In this document: piece by piece, positions 23,702 through 35,626 of the stretch | Position numbering within the stretch: the stretch's first letter is position 1 | How the letters are laid out: the number at the start of each line of letters is the position of its first letter | Origin: Massalongia carnosa | Taxonomy: Eukaryota | NCBI GenBank assembly: GCA_965645245.1 | Contig: OZ287072.1 | Location: 2,728,001 to 2,792,000 of the forward strand | Direction: 5' to 3' | Length of the DNA: 64,000 bases | Notes under the pieces: generated by a model | What the model was told of the DNA's origin: nothing | The model's database searches: none | Seen by the model: the letters and a program-made list of their open reading frames with translations, nothing else | Translations under genes and position numbers: made by a program

Positions 23702-23872
23702 AAAGCAAGAGAGGGAACCAGAAATTTTGTCAATCTTATTTTTACTATCGCTGAGTATAAGACAAAATATCAGTCATTTTTACACTATATTGATTTTAAT
23801 GTTCTCGTGGCGATCGATATTAACTAATCAGATTTTGTAGTTCAGGCTGATCGCCCAAAAATCAGACGTGAC

Positions 23873-24024
23873 TACGCCGCACAACGGGTTGGGTTTCTTT
23901 ACTGAAAACCCAACCCGTTTGTGGCGAACCCGATTATTTTTGGTGTCTGGGTTAATTTTTGAAAGAAAAACCCGGTGGCGAAAAAGCAATTTTGTGGCGA
24001 AAACACAACCCGTTACGCGGCGTA
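23873..24024. mobile_element. hAT-family MITE (152 bp)
   Basis: TACGCCGC..AACGGGTTG / CAACCCGTT..GCGGCGTA termini; degenerate 8-bp TSD GACGTGAC/GACGTTAT. Confidence 0.75.
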
Positions 24025-24982
24025 GACGTTATCGAGGGGTAGAGTGGACCTCCACCAGATGGCCATATGACAGACGTGATAACTGTACGCGAGGGTCAGT
24101 GCGACCGAACACCATTGCCGGAAGTCACATGATCGCTCCCTGTGCCGTCAGTTACATTCCTGCTCGCCCACTTCTTCTGTTCAGTTTGTCTCTTCATCTC
24201 TTCATCTAGTCAGCTAGTGTAATAGCGCGGCAATACAGGACTGCGCTAGCTCCTGGGATGACTCACCCAAGAAGACCGGGTGACTGATAATCCGGATGCT
24301 TAGTCATGATAAGGCGGATAGCAATACTAAGCCATAAGCAATCAGCCTTACCCTTTTGTTAGGCAGCAGCTGAAGCTATTCAGATAAGCCTCGATCTTAT
24401 GGGAGGCCTGGGACGCCTAGGTGACCTCAGCTGAAGGCAACAAGGCTATCTGCTAGACCTCAGCTGAAGGCAACAAGGCTATCTGCTAGACCTCAGCTGA
24501 AGGCAACAAGGCTATCTGCTAGACCTCAGCTGAAGGCAACAAGGTTATCTGCTAGACCTCAGCTGAAGGCAGCAAGGCTATCTACTTGACCTCAGCTGAA
24601 GGCAACAAGGCAGACAGGAAATCAGACAAGTAGTTAGTAAATAGGACCCCAAGGGATATATAGAAAGCTCGATTCCCATCTTCAGGGAATCAGCTTTTAG
24701 CTTTAGCACCTACCAATCTATTAGCAGTCACACTGAGCATTATGATGATGATGTATTCATACTCCGATATGACACCGGCCGTAGGCCGGCCCATGCGGGC
24801 AAAGCTATCTAAGTTATGTTACATGGAAAACCTTTCACAGGTGTAAAAACCATGTCCCTTGATACCCGTCCGATGTGACTACGTGTCGACGTCGGGCGGG
24901 AGACGCAGTGCAAAAGACGTGTGGGAACTGTAATACCTTGTGAAAAGAGAAGAAAGAAAGAAAGGTTCAACTATTGTTGATT

Positions 24983-27900
24983 TTACAACAATGTTGATGC
25001 TAGTGAGAATTGATTCAATAAGCCTGTTTTCATTAGCCAAGCAGTTAGTATCTTCAGAGTTTTTGATGATTTGGTCAGCTGCTGATAGTCGCTCGTGCCG
25101 GCGGCGCGAAACATCTGTCCTCTATTGTCAATAAGTCTGCAGAACATGATTACATTTTCTGGAGTTTGTCTGTGCCAGCCACATGAGCAGGCCGGTGAGG
25201 TGACGGAGGGCACCCGTCGCTTGTAGAGGAAGTCAGCTAACCCGATCTTGCCAGTGCGGATTTGAGTTGTTAGAGCGCTTTCTGCCTTTTTTAGCTGCGT
25301 GTGTATTTTCAGCCGTTTTTTGCTCAGTGGGACTGATTGTGCTATGGAGGGTTCAATGACACGATTTTGATATGCGCACCACGAGTCGTTCCAGACCTTT
25401 ATTTGTCGTGCTTTGATTGTTTGCATCTGCTTGTGTCGGGCCGTTGCCGCAACGGTAGCTTCGCGGTGCCACGCCGGGTAGACTTCGAACCATGGTGGGT
25501 GTGCCTTTTGATGGTTGAACTATTTTTGAGTCGATCAGTAGGCTTTTGGCCCAGAGTTGTTTCAGCTCTCCCGGGGTGGGCTTTTGAAGTCGTTTGCGAC
25601 CTGCCTTGCCTCGAAGTGGTCAGCTATTTTGTTGCATGCGGAGATAATCTTCAATTGGCCTCCGGCTCGGAGCCGGTGCCTTGCCTGTGCTTGTAGCATG
25701 TCGAGATGCGTGTCTATGGGCGCTATGAATGTCTCTGCTTCTAGTACTGAGATGGGAGTGGCTTTAAAGGCACCGGCTATGGTGCGAAGGCAATTGTTTT
25801 GCATGACGGAGAGCTTGCTCGTTGACGTTTTTGACTTTTTGACTTCTTTGGGCATGTGCCATACGGTTGACCCATATGTCATGGCCGGACGCACCACGGC
25901 ACTGTAAAACTGCCTTGCCTTGGCGAAGGTGGCACCCCAGGTTGATGTGGAAATTTTGTCAATGCCATGGATTGTTTGACCATTTTCTCTTGCGTTTTGC
26001 GAACGTGCGGTTCCCATTTCAATGTGGTGTCGATTTGTAGGCCCAATACTCTGATGTCCGTTTTAGGTTCAATTTCGGTGCTAGCAATATTGATGGATGC
26101 AGTCATGTTGAATCTTTTGTGATTTCTGGACAAGTGTATGAGTTCGTACTTCGTCGGAGCGAATACGGACCCGTGCCGGGAAGCCCACGTCTCACATTGT
26201 CTGTGTATTGCCTCTAGAGTTTTGCAGTTTTCCTCGGTGCTTTTTCCATATGCCAAAATGTTTGCGTCGTCTACGAATCCTATGGCACTTGTGTTTTTGC
26301 CTGGTCGATCACATATTTCCAATAGATCTGCATTGTAAAATAGGTAAAGAATGGATGACAGGGGAGAGCCCTGCGGGATACCCGTTCTTACCGCAAACCG
26401 CCCAGTGACTTTTCGATTTATTGCTAAAGTGATGCTTCGATCGCTCAGAAAGCTGTTTAACCAGTCGGTGATCCATTTTGGAATTTATCTTTTCCGTAGG
26501 TTGTGCGTTAGTCGTTGATGTGATACCGTATCGAACGCGCCGGCGACGTCCATGCTTAGCAGTGTGGCTACTTTGTCTTTTCCCTGTCCCCAAATCGTGT
26601 GAACCTGTTCAGTTAGCAGTTCCAGTGCTGACTCTGTCGATCTGCCCTTCCTTGCTCCCATCTGTGTATCTGGTAGGAGCCGGTGTTTTTCCGCCAGATA
26701 GGTTATTTTCGATCCAATGATGGATTCCATAACTTTACTGAGCGTGTTGAGCAGTGCAATTGGTCGGTAGGCTTTCGGCGTGGTATAGTCTCCTTTGCCT
26801 ATTTTTTTCAGCGCTATTGTGTTTGCCATTTTGAAGGCCCGCGGGTGGTACGAGTGTGTGACGCACGCCTGAAACAGAGGTGTTAGTAGTTCGACAAGTA
26901 TTTCGCTGCATGCTTTGAGTATTCTGTTAGATATGCCGTCTTGGCCCGGTGCCTTATCGGACTTGAGCCGACTCAGGGCCGTCGATACTTCTGACTTGGT
27001 GATGATTATTGGGCAGTGCGGCGATGTAGGATAGAAGGATCCTTCTATGTCGCTTAGGTCGGCCGGTGGTGGTGCGGGAAAGAAGATACCTTTCAGCATT
27101 TCGGCTTTTTGGTCAAACGTGTCTGCTACTTGGTCATTGAATTTTAGCATCGGCATTTTGGATACTTCTCTAGATTGATGACTTTTGTCTTTGGCCCATT
27201 TCGCTAGCCGCCATAGTCCCTGAGGCGTTTCGGTGGCCTTATTGATTTCTTGACGAAAGTTTGTTCTCTTTGCCTTTTGAATGATTTTCTGTTTTTTATC
27301 ATTGGATTTCATATAGTTAGACCAGTCCGTTAGGTCTAACGTGCTGGACCATATGCGGCGTAGTTTCCGTGTGGCTTTGGTGGCAATGCTGCATTCTTCT
27401 GTCCAGAATGGCTTAGCATATTCGCTAGATTTTGCCCATGGAACTGCTTCGTTGATGACATTTTGTAGAAATTTTTGAATCGATTCCGTGTACGCATCAA
27501 TCTCGACAGTGGTACGGGGAGACTCCGGTATAGGGGCGTGTCGTTCGGCCTCCCTTAATTTTTTCAGGTTTAGAAGTTTCCATGCTCTGCGTTTGATTTT
27601 CGGTTGCGGCTCGCTTCCGAGTAGGATGCGGGTTGATATCGGCACGTGATCGGACGATTGATTCAATTCTGGTCTGGACATGCAGTGTTCGAGTCTTTCG
27701 ACTAGGTATTCTGACATGAAAACCAAATCTATCGTGCTAGACGTGTTTCTTGCTTCCCATGTTACGGTGCCTTTCGGCAGTGTCAACGAAAGATTATGAT
27801 CATCGATTATTTCTAGTAATTGATCAGCAGCAGCGTGTTGTGTGGGTCTTGAGGGACCATTCCAAAATGGATGATGCAGGTTGAAATCTCCAAGTAGTAT

Positions 27901-28326
27901 GTGATGCGCATCGGCCGTAAGCATGCTCCGAGCCGCCGGTAAGGTCGTGGGACTGTCAGTGGAGGAATAGGAAGCGGGAGAGGGGTTATACACATTATGG
28001 ACGTGAATTGTTTCCATAACGCCTTCGGTGTAGGTCTTTATTTTCAAAGTGCACATGTCGGCCGAGGTGAATTCCACCTCCCAGCTGTCAGTGTCTATTA
28101 GGTCGTTGACATAAAAGCACACTCTGGTGTCACCTCCTGGGCGGTATAGGAGGTGAAAGCCGCTTTGATGAGAACTAAGCGATGTGGGGGCGGATGGATT
28201 GCGCTCCTGTATTGCAATAATATCATAGTCCTGGGTGTTTATGTCTGCTAAGAGATGTATTATAGTACTCACTCTGTCATTTCTGACATTATACTGCAAT
28301 ATAGAGAGGGACTTTGTGTCCCTCAT
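24983..28326 (-). pseudogene. LINE ORF2 (APE endonuclease, RT, C-terminal zinc knuckle), frameshifted
   Basis: LQYNV, LGDFNLHH, SDH, YRPIALLN, DVAGAFD, FVDD, CSCG..C. Confidence 0.93.
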
Positions 28327-29810
28327 AGGATTTCCATCGTTTCGGCCGCTGTGTTCGATGTGACCTGAGTTCCTGCCGTTAATGCTACGGAATCTGCACG
28401 AGGCCTACCCAGCACTGGTTTTGCTAAGGCCTTTACCATATTTTCAGGATTCATGATGCCTATATAAGCCCAGGTAGGTACGTCGTCTCCCCGATGAGGG
28501 CCCGGGGGTGTGCCGGATGAGGGCGTAGCGTTGTGTATTTTTCTTTTCTTGCCGTTTACTATCTTCCACGTTGACGGAATTTCGTCCGTTTGTGTGACTG
28601 TGGGTTTCGACTCTCGTTGAAGTTGAAATTGAAATGAGGGCGGCTGTGATTTGATTGCATAGAGGGGGGCGCGGTTTTGCATTGCTATTTCAGTTTATCG
28701 CTTTTCAGCTAATCTGACTTTGCATGCTGTGGACCATGCTTCGTGTCCCTTCTCTCCGCATACGGCGCAACGGCGGTATTGCCCCGTTGTCTCCAGATTG
28801 CATTCTTTGCTTTGATGTCCACCGGCGCAGTGACTACAGGCGGCGGGATTGTGGCATGCTCTACCGATGTGTCCGTATTTTTGGCAGTTGAAGCATTGAG
28901 TCATGGTGCAACCACGTGTGAAGCGCTCGCAGTCCTTTATTTCGTAGCTTTCCATTAGGCCCTCGGTGATGAGCCGGTTAGCCATCTCGGCGGTGGCGAC
29001 CTCTATATGAAGCGTCGAGTACGCTTTTTTCTCTCTAATGGCCTTGATTGACCAGGCTACTTTGACGATCTTCAGGTTAGGGTGCAGGCGTGCGTTAGCG
29101 GCCTGAAGGTAGGTGATGGCTGTTGATTGATTGGCCGCTTTGATGTTTTCCACCCTGATTCCATTCGCTCTTACGGTGAAGGTGCGGGTGTGCACCGCAG
29201 CTGAGACGGCCACCATGCGGGTCCAATCGGTCTTCTCCTGCAGGGTCTTCTTTGCTTCCAATGACTCTGCGTGAATCCTGATGTCGCCGTTTAACAAACG
29301 CGACACTCCCCTTATTCCTTCAGCTCTATTTTGTAGTGTTTCTACTAACTCCTTGGTTGGCATTAGCTTCATTTTTTCCTTGTCCGCATCCTCCGTGATG
29401 TGAACGGTGATTTCCCGGGCACGTCGCGCTTCTCTTGGTGTGGGTGCTTTGTCTTTGCGGGCCTGTTGAGGCTTGACGTTTTGGTTCTTTGGGGGTGCGG
29501 GCTCATCTCGGCCTTGCCTTGTGGCAGCAGCGGCATAGCTGCGAGGAGTGGTCTCATTGCGCTCTAAGCGTGTCAATGATTGTTGGATTGCCTGTAATGT
29601 GTCACCTATGTTGTTGGGAGTTTCTGCAACTTTGTCATCGAATAGATTTTGCGCTTGCAAAATTTCCGCTGAGTTTCTCAGCAACTGCAACGCCTCCGGG
29701 TCACCAACGGTACCCACTCGATCAAGCTACTCCTTGATCTTTACGTGTAAACATTCCCTCCTTTCGCTGTGCGCTCTCGAGAGCGCGTTTGTTTGTTCGA
29801 GTGTAGTCAT
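28323..29810 (-). pseudogene. LINE ORF1 (gag-like, three zinc knuckles), two in-frame stops
   Basis: ATG 29810; QCFNCQKYGH..C, CSHCAGGH..C, CAVCGEKGH..C; stops at 29727 and 28695; final TGA overlaps the ORF2 ATG. Confidence 0.88.
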
Positions 29811-30258
29811 TTTCGCGACAAGTTTTCACACTGAGCATTATAACCCATAAGGACTAGTGTCTACTTTCCCTCTTATAGCTAGTCAGTGCGCACGTAGCAA
29901 CACGACGACGACGATGACCTGATCATTTATTTCTTTTTCATATGACAGCCCAGTGACAGTACGACTGATTCATAGACGCACACAACCCAGTTTATCTTCC
30001 TTCAACGTAAGAGAAGAAAACAATTTAATTTATAAAAGCAAAAGATGAAATGCTCAATCTGCAAGAGTTTCAAGCATAACAATAGTAAATATAATTACTC
30101 AGAATCTTTCGCGAGTGATGTTTCTGTTAATACTGTAGGTAATAGATTTAAAATTGTTTCTGTCTTTTAATCGAATCACTATAAAGATAAAATTGATAAA
30201 TCAAATCAAATCAAATAGCGACAGCAATAATGACGACAAGAGCGACAATAGAAGTGTT

Positions 30259-30428
30259 TGTAACGGTTCGACCATGCGTGGTACGGACGGCAGGACCAAT
30301 AGCGAACATAGCATGAGTCCCAGTTATAGTAGAATAGAGCTTGGTCTGCGGACTAAGTATTATGCCTTTTGGTCGGGAGGACAGGTAGCGCAATGATAGA
30401 AATCTATTCATTATCTCGCTTCGTCACA
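30259..30428 (+). mobile_element. Solo LTR (170 bp)
   Basis: TGTAACGG...CGTCACA; TSD GTGTT; inverted homolog at 46802-46971. Confidence 0.9.
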
Positions 30429-30551
30429 GTGTTCACACTGACATAAGTAACTAAATTGAATTCAATGATCGTTTTTTTGGTTTTTTAATCTCGCAACTTC
30501 TTGACTCAAAACGATAAAGATTGATATGATCTACGTGGGGGCGGGTCCTAG

Positions 30552-30989
30552 TGTCATGGAATAAAGTTTGAGTTAAAACCTAATGATTACCGAACCGTCA
30601 AGCGGCGATCGAGGTAAAAGCCATCCGAAAGCCTATTCAGATTCATCCTCGGTATGAGTCTGAATAAACCCCTTACTCCACTTCACTAATCTCCTCACCC
30701 CACTATACCCTCTTATCGCTAGAACGATCACATCCACGGGCCCACTTATCGCTCCACCTTATCGCCGCCACCATCACCAAAATCTCTCATCTAGGGTGAA
30801 GGTAAAACATGAGAAAGAAGGGGCTGGCTCAGGTATAAAAAGAGGACATATCCTGTAGATAGTTGACTCCTCGTCCGACGTCTTGTATAGCAAACCATCC
30901 CCTAGCTATAGCTTTATTAATACAGAAATCTTGATCACCCAATCCCAGTCTTAGGAACATTAGTTCAATCCCTAACCCAGTCCTTGACA
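30552..30989 (+). mobile_element. Solo LTR (438 bp)
   Basis: TGTCATGGA...TCCTTGACA; TATAAAA at ~30834; TSD CCTAG/CATAG (one mismatch). Confidence 0.8.
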
Positions 30990-31608
30990 CATAGGGACAC
31001 TTACGCCGCGGAATAGGTTAGGTTGGGTAGGGTTCGGGTTGGGTTATTGTTAGGTTGGGTTGAGTTCGGGTTGGGTTTTCATTGGGTTACCCAAATCACA
31101 TGATTAGTAATAGTAATCAATAACCTTGACTTATTAACGTGGCGATCGGCGTTAGTAGCTTATGTATTCTAAACTATACCATCTACTTACCACCAGGTAT
31201 ACTCTTCCTGGTGGTTGGTTTTCTTATCGTACTAGTTCTGGCACCTGGTCCGGAATTCTGTCGAGCGTTCGGTTTGGAATTCGCGCAGGTTTGCGCGTAC
31301 ACTTGCGCGGAGTAATCGGTGCCATATCTAAAAGAAAACAGGCAAGCAGACAGGTTATCAGTGGTCGCGCGTGGCGACTAGGTTAGGTTGGGTATAGTTA
31401 GGTTCAGTATGACTAGGTTGGGCTGGCTAGTTTAGGTAGAATATGTATGAATGCGTTGGATTTGACTGAGTGTTTAGAACGTAAAGGTAGTTATTAATGC
31501 TTTATCTCAGCATAATCTAGTCAATAAAGTTACATTCCTACAGCTACATTCCTACTGCTACATCCTATATATACATTCCTATATATACAATCCACGTCAT
31601 TCGCAACA

Positions 31609-34354
31609 ATGAGGAGCTCGCAGATGATAGATTCAGAGATATACGATCTTCAAGTTGTGGGCAAACCCACCAGATACTACGCATATGTGGCCGAGAAGAG
31701 CGAGGAGTGTATGGAATTGTGGCGAAGTACGAGATGGCATTTTGCTAATGAAGAGAAGAGTAGAAAGGCGATGAAGAAGATCGATTGGGGATCGACCAAA
31801 ATAAAGGCGGCGGAATGGAAATAGTTTCAGGAAGGCGCCACTGTGGGCGATGGTAATCCCAAATAATCTGCTCGCGATACTCCGTGGTCTTGACTCATCC
31901 CTCACTGGGCTCCGGAAATAACTGCATGACTAATGACTTAAATTCCGAGTCCTGTAAAAAGACGTCGACATTGAAAGGAATAAAGCAACTTTCCTTAGAG
32001 GTTGGATATCGTGCTGAAGTATGACTACCACAATGACTACCACATTACGTGATTTGCTAATCAATATTAGATTGAAGCGAAAAGACAAGAGGCCTTAACT
32101 CTCAACGGGCGTAGACTTAATAAGGATGATTTCACGCCTCAATTACTTCGTATGATTGTTGCTCTTGGGCTACCGTTACGAAGAGTCGCCAATGTCGAAT
32201 TGCAAAGAGCGTTCAACTGTCTGCTCGATAATGTACAGTTTCATTCACCATCGACAATCAAGAATCGCTTTATGACCCGAAGTCAAGAGATAATTCCGCT
32301 TTTGCTCGAGAGGCTACCTAGGGGTAGTTTAAAGCTCTCTCTGGCTTTGGATTGTTTGTCGTCATTTAATTGTCAAGGTTATCTGGCTATCAATGCTTAC
32401 TTCATTGACGATAAATGGAATTATCACGAAGTGCTTCTTGCCTTCGAATACGTTAAAGACTCACACACGTGAATAAAACTTGCTGAAGTATTGAACAGCG
32501 TTTTAATTAGTCATTCTATTGAAGATCGTGTTTTGGCATAAACCACGGATAGTGCATCTAATAACACAACGATGGTCGATAAGTTGCGACGAATAATACG
32601 AAGCGATCGAGCCTTGGCACTTCTACACACTGATGCTAATGAGATACAGCGAGTGCATTTTTTATCGCTTGTAATTCAACTTGCCGTGAAACAGCTACTT
32701 GGGTATATTCACAATAATCTCAAAAATTGTCTATTTCAAAACTAGCTGGGATGATAAGCAAGATAGAAGGGATTTCGAAAACCCGACACCTGGAGTTCCC
32801 CTTACGCTAGCTAAGGCAAAATTTATTTTGTGGTAGTCGTTGTGGTAGTCGTTCTCATTTTCGATTAGGTTCGAGCATTAGCTGTTTACATTAACAGTAG
32901 CAATTTACGTAAGGAGAACTTCTACGCTGTTCAACGAGCATTGAATGACGAAGAGAGACGTACTGGAAACTCGGTCAGCGGTACAGTACTTAAGCTTTTT
33001 CAAGATGTAAATACTCGATGGGTCTCCACATGTCACATGTTAATTCGAGCGCTCAAGTTGCAACAAGCGCTGAATAGATATCATGATAAATATAAAGCCG
33101 AGTATTTGAGATTGCTCGACGTGGAATGGTCACAGATAGAATATCTTATCGATTTAACAAAGCTATTCTGCGTCTTTACAAAGAGGTCAATCAAAGCAAC
33201 CGACCATTCATCAGGTGTTCGAGATCTACAATAAGCTGTTCGATCATCTGGATTACGCTGCGGAATGGGTTGGGTTCTGACCATGAAAACCCAACCCAAA
33301 CAACTATATTTAGTATACTAGTATACTATACATAGAATTAAACCCTTAAAAGTATACTAATATTAGTAACTTGGGTTACCCAACTGTGGCAAAACCCAAC
33401 CCATTCCGCGGCGTAATCTGGATCAAGCTCGCGGAAGATTATCTCGTAAGCGAGTATCGTGGAAACGTGCGCTATTGAATGGCATCGAGGCGGCTGCAAC
33501 GAAATTACGTCAATACTATTCTAAAACTCAGGGGTCATTAGGTTATCTGTATGGAAAGGCGGCATTGCTATCTCCCAATAAGAAGGACCTAATTTTCAAG
33601 GGTCCCAATTGGGATGCGCCCTATGGGGAAAGTCGATGGGAAGATCAATATTGGCAATCTCTGGAAGCGGAATTCGATATCTACGAGAATTCTCAAACCT
33701 CACAAGTACGCGGGCTTAATGTCGCGGTCATTCGAGACTTGAATAATCTGGATCTTCTTCTGAGTACGAATAATGCTACTCCGCTCGCTCTAGATGACGA
33801 GTTCAACTGCTATCGTCAGCGAGGTAGGTTAACTGATAAATTAAATCAGGTCTTTTCTCATTGTGTTCAACTTATTTGCAATACACAGCGATGCATGATC
33901 GTTCGGGTCCTATTCTACAACAGTGAAAAGATCTCGAGCCGGAATTTCCACAAATGAGTATGGTAACCAGGGACATCCTAGCTGTACCAGCCGCTGGCGT
34001 GGGAGGTGAGCGCGTTTTTAGCGTTGCTGGAGCCCTTTACGATCATCGCAAGAATTTCATCCGGATACATTCTCCGCGATGATGATGGTTCGTTTCTAGG
34101 ATCAGAAGGAGAATGCAGATGTAAGTTTACACGTAGATTTGGAAGAAGAAGAAAGCATGAGTCTTGAGGATTTAACTAATGAGATGCAAAGGCGACATGA
34201 AGACCTATCACAGGTTTTTCAGAAGGTCTACATTAGTTATGAAGAAGACGCTAACAATGACGAGGACCAGTTAACGCAGATCGGGTCATCGCAGGTCGAG
34301 CAGGTCTTAGCGCGAGATGTAAGCATCGAGTCACTTACTTTCGTGTCTTCTTGA
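31609..34354 (+). pseudogene. hAT transposase, many stops and frameshifts
   Basis: SLALD, TDSASNN, DVNTRW.ST, dimerisation-domain RDILAVPAAGVGGERVFS (~33970-34020). Confidence 0.82.
33254..33415. mobile_element. hAT MITE (162 bp) inserted in the hAT-1 transposase
   Basis: TIR TACGCTGCGGAATGGGTTGGGTT / AACCCAACCCATTCCGCGGCGTA; perfect 8-bp TSD ATCTGGAT. Confidence 0.93.
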
Positions 34355-34475
34355 GCTAATTATTCTACAGAAAAGTAAGAAACGAACTTACAATAACAGA
34401 AACTCTTTTTCCGAGCAACGCGATAGGAATAAGAGGATTGCAACGCGTACAAGAAGGGGTAGGCTTACATCAAGC

Positions 34476-34630
34476 GAGGAGGTGAAGGAGGGTATGATAG
34501 AGGAGGGTGTGGTGGATGACGTGGAGGAGGAGAAGGAGGAAGAGGATGTAGTGGATGAGGTGGAGGAGGAGGAGGAGGAGGAGGAGGAGGAGGGTGTGGT
34601 GGAGGATGAGGTAGAGGAGGGGGGTGGAGA
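34476..34630 (+). repeat. GAG-rich low-complexity tract
   Basis: (GGA)n run at ~34562-34592 within the hAT 3' region. Confidence 0.85.
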
Positions 34631-35626
34631 GGGTTTGGGTGACATGAAGGTGGAGAGTAAAGGAAGAGATGGCGAGAGACTTTCTTTACGAGTTTCGAAT
34701 AGGAAGCGATGAATGGGCGACATACTTCGATATTCGATGGAAGATAGCATATGAATTTGTGATAGTCTTTAGGGTAGTTCGACGTCAAGGAAATAAATGT
34801 TTTATCTATAATCTACATTTTACTTTGTGATAGTCATTAAAATAAATCTAAAATGATTGAAAATCCGGAAGGGATGTGTCTAGGTAGCCGGAGAGGGTGT
34901 GTCTAGGTAGCGGATGGGGTGTCCATATATCAGTACCCTTTTCTGTTCGGTAACCCAACGATAACCTAACCTAACCCAAAACCTATTGGGTTGGGTTCTC
35001 ATTTTAATTTGGGTTGGGTTCTCATTTTAATAACCTAACCTAACCTAACCTATTCCGCTCCGTAAATGTGTATGGCCCTGATGTATACGATGAAGAGTTA
35101 CTATAAAGCAGTCTTCTCCTTTTAAGTGGGCACCCTCTCGAAGGGATAATAGTTTATCCGAGCCTAGGTTGCTTAAGACACAGCTAATGGTTTTAAGTAA
35201 CGGATACAGTAAGACTGGAACTGATCTAATCTAATCTGTTGTGCTAGTAGAAGTTGAATATTCAACAGTATGTATAATGTCTTTAATAAAGACTTTGTTA
35301 CGGTCTACCTAGAGGCTAGTCATAGGGACGCCATGAACGAAAACAATAAAGATGAAGAGAAAAGAAAGACTCGAAAGGTCTGACCCGTCCCTATATACCA
35401 ACGCGTTCCCTTGCCCTCATGCAGTACGGTCGCGAAAGAGTTTTCCGCGCTATCTCGTGAATCTCGTTATCCGACCCGTAGGTGCTCGATTAGGTTTAGC
35501 TCCTAAAGGCGAAAGGTGGAATCGTGACACTACCCTCCGCTTTAGATCGCGAGTCACCTGACCGCGATAAAGTCCGCTTTACCTCCGTTCGTTTCATCAC
35601 GTAATAGATTGAGTTATAAATGCGGT

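Larger units (their letters stand above)
24744..29825 (-). mobile_element. Tad-like LINE, near full length
   Basis: 16-bp TSD TCACACTGAGCATTAT (24728-24743, 29826-29841); (CAT)n 3' tail; ORF1 and ORF2 present. Confidence 0.93.
24218..29877 (+). mobile_element. Solo LTR (33-bp repeat family) interrupted by the LINE
   Basis: TGTAATAG...CTCTTATA; TSD GCTAG (24213-24217, 29878-29882); six 33-bp units. Confidence 0.88.
24090..29958 (+). mobile_element. Possible older ~200-bp solo LTR hosting the LTR+LINE nest
   Basis: GTACG direct repeats at 24085-24089 and 29959-29963; ends TGACA but starts CG rather than TG. Confidence 0.4.
31002..35064 (+). mobile_element. hAT transposon 1, degenerate
   Basis: TIRs TACGCCGCGGAATAGGTTAGGTT / AACCTAACCTATTCCGCTCCGTA; GGTTR subterminal repeats; no matching TSD seen. 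Confidence 0.85.

Noticed and set aside
24423..24612. CRISPR-like 33-bp palindromic repeats (also 2705-2828)
   Set aside because: Head-to-tail with no unique spacers, inside a fungal LTR, no cas genes
31015..31095. Telomere-like GGTTA/GGTTG arrays (also 31378-31437 and 34950-35050)
   Set aside because: Pentameric subterminal repeats of the hAT, not TTAGGG tracts
34388..34788. Poly-Ser and poly-Pro ORFs on minus
   Set aside because: Shadow frames of the GAG-rich tract
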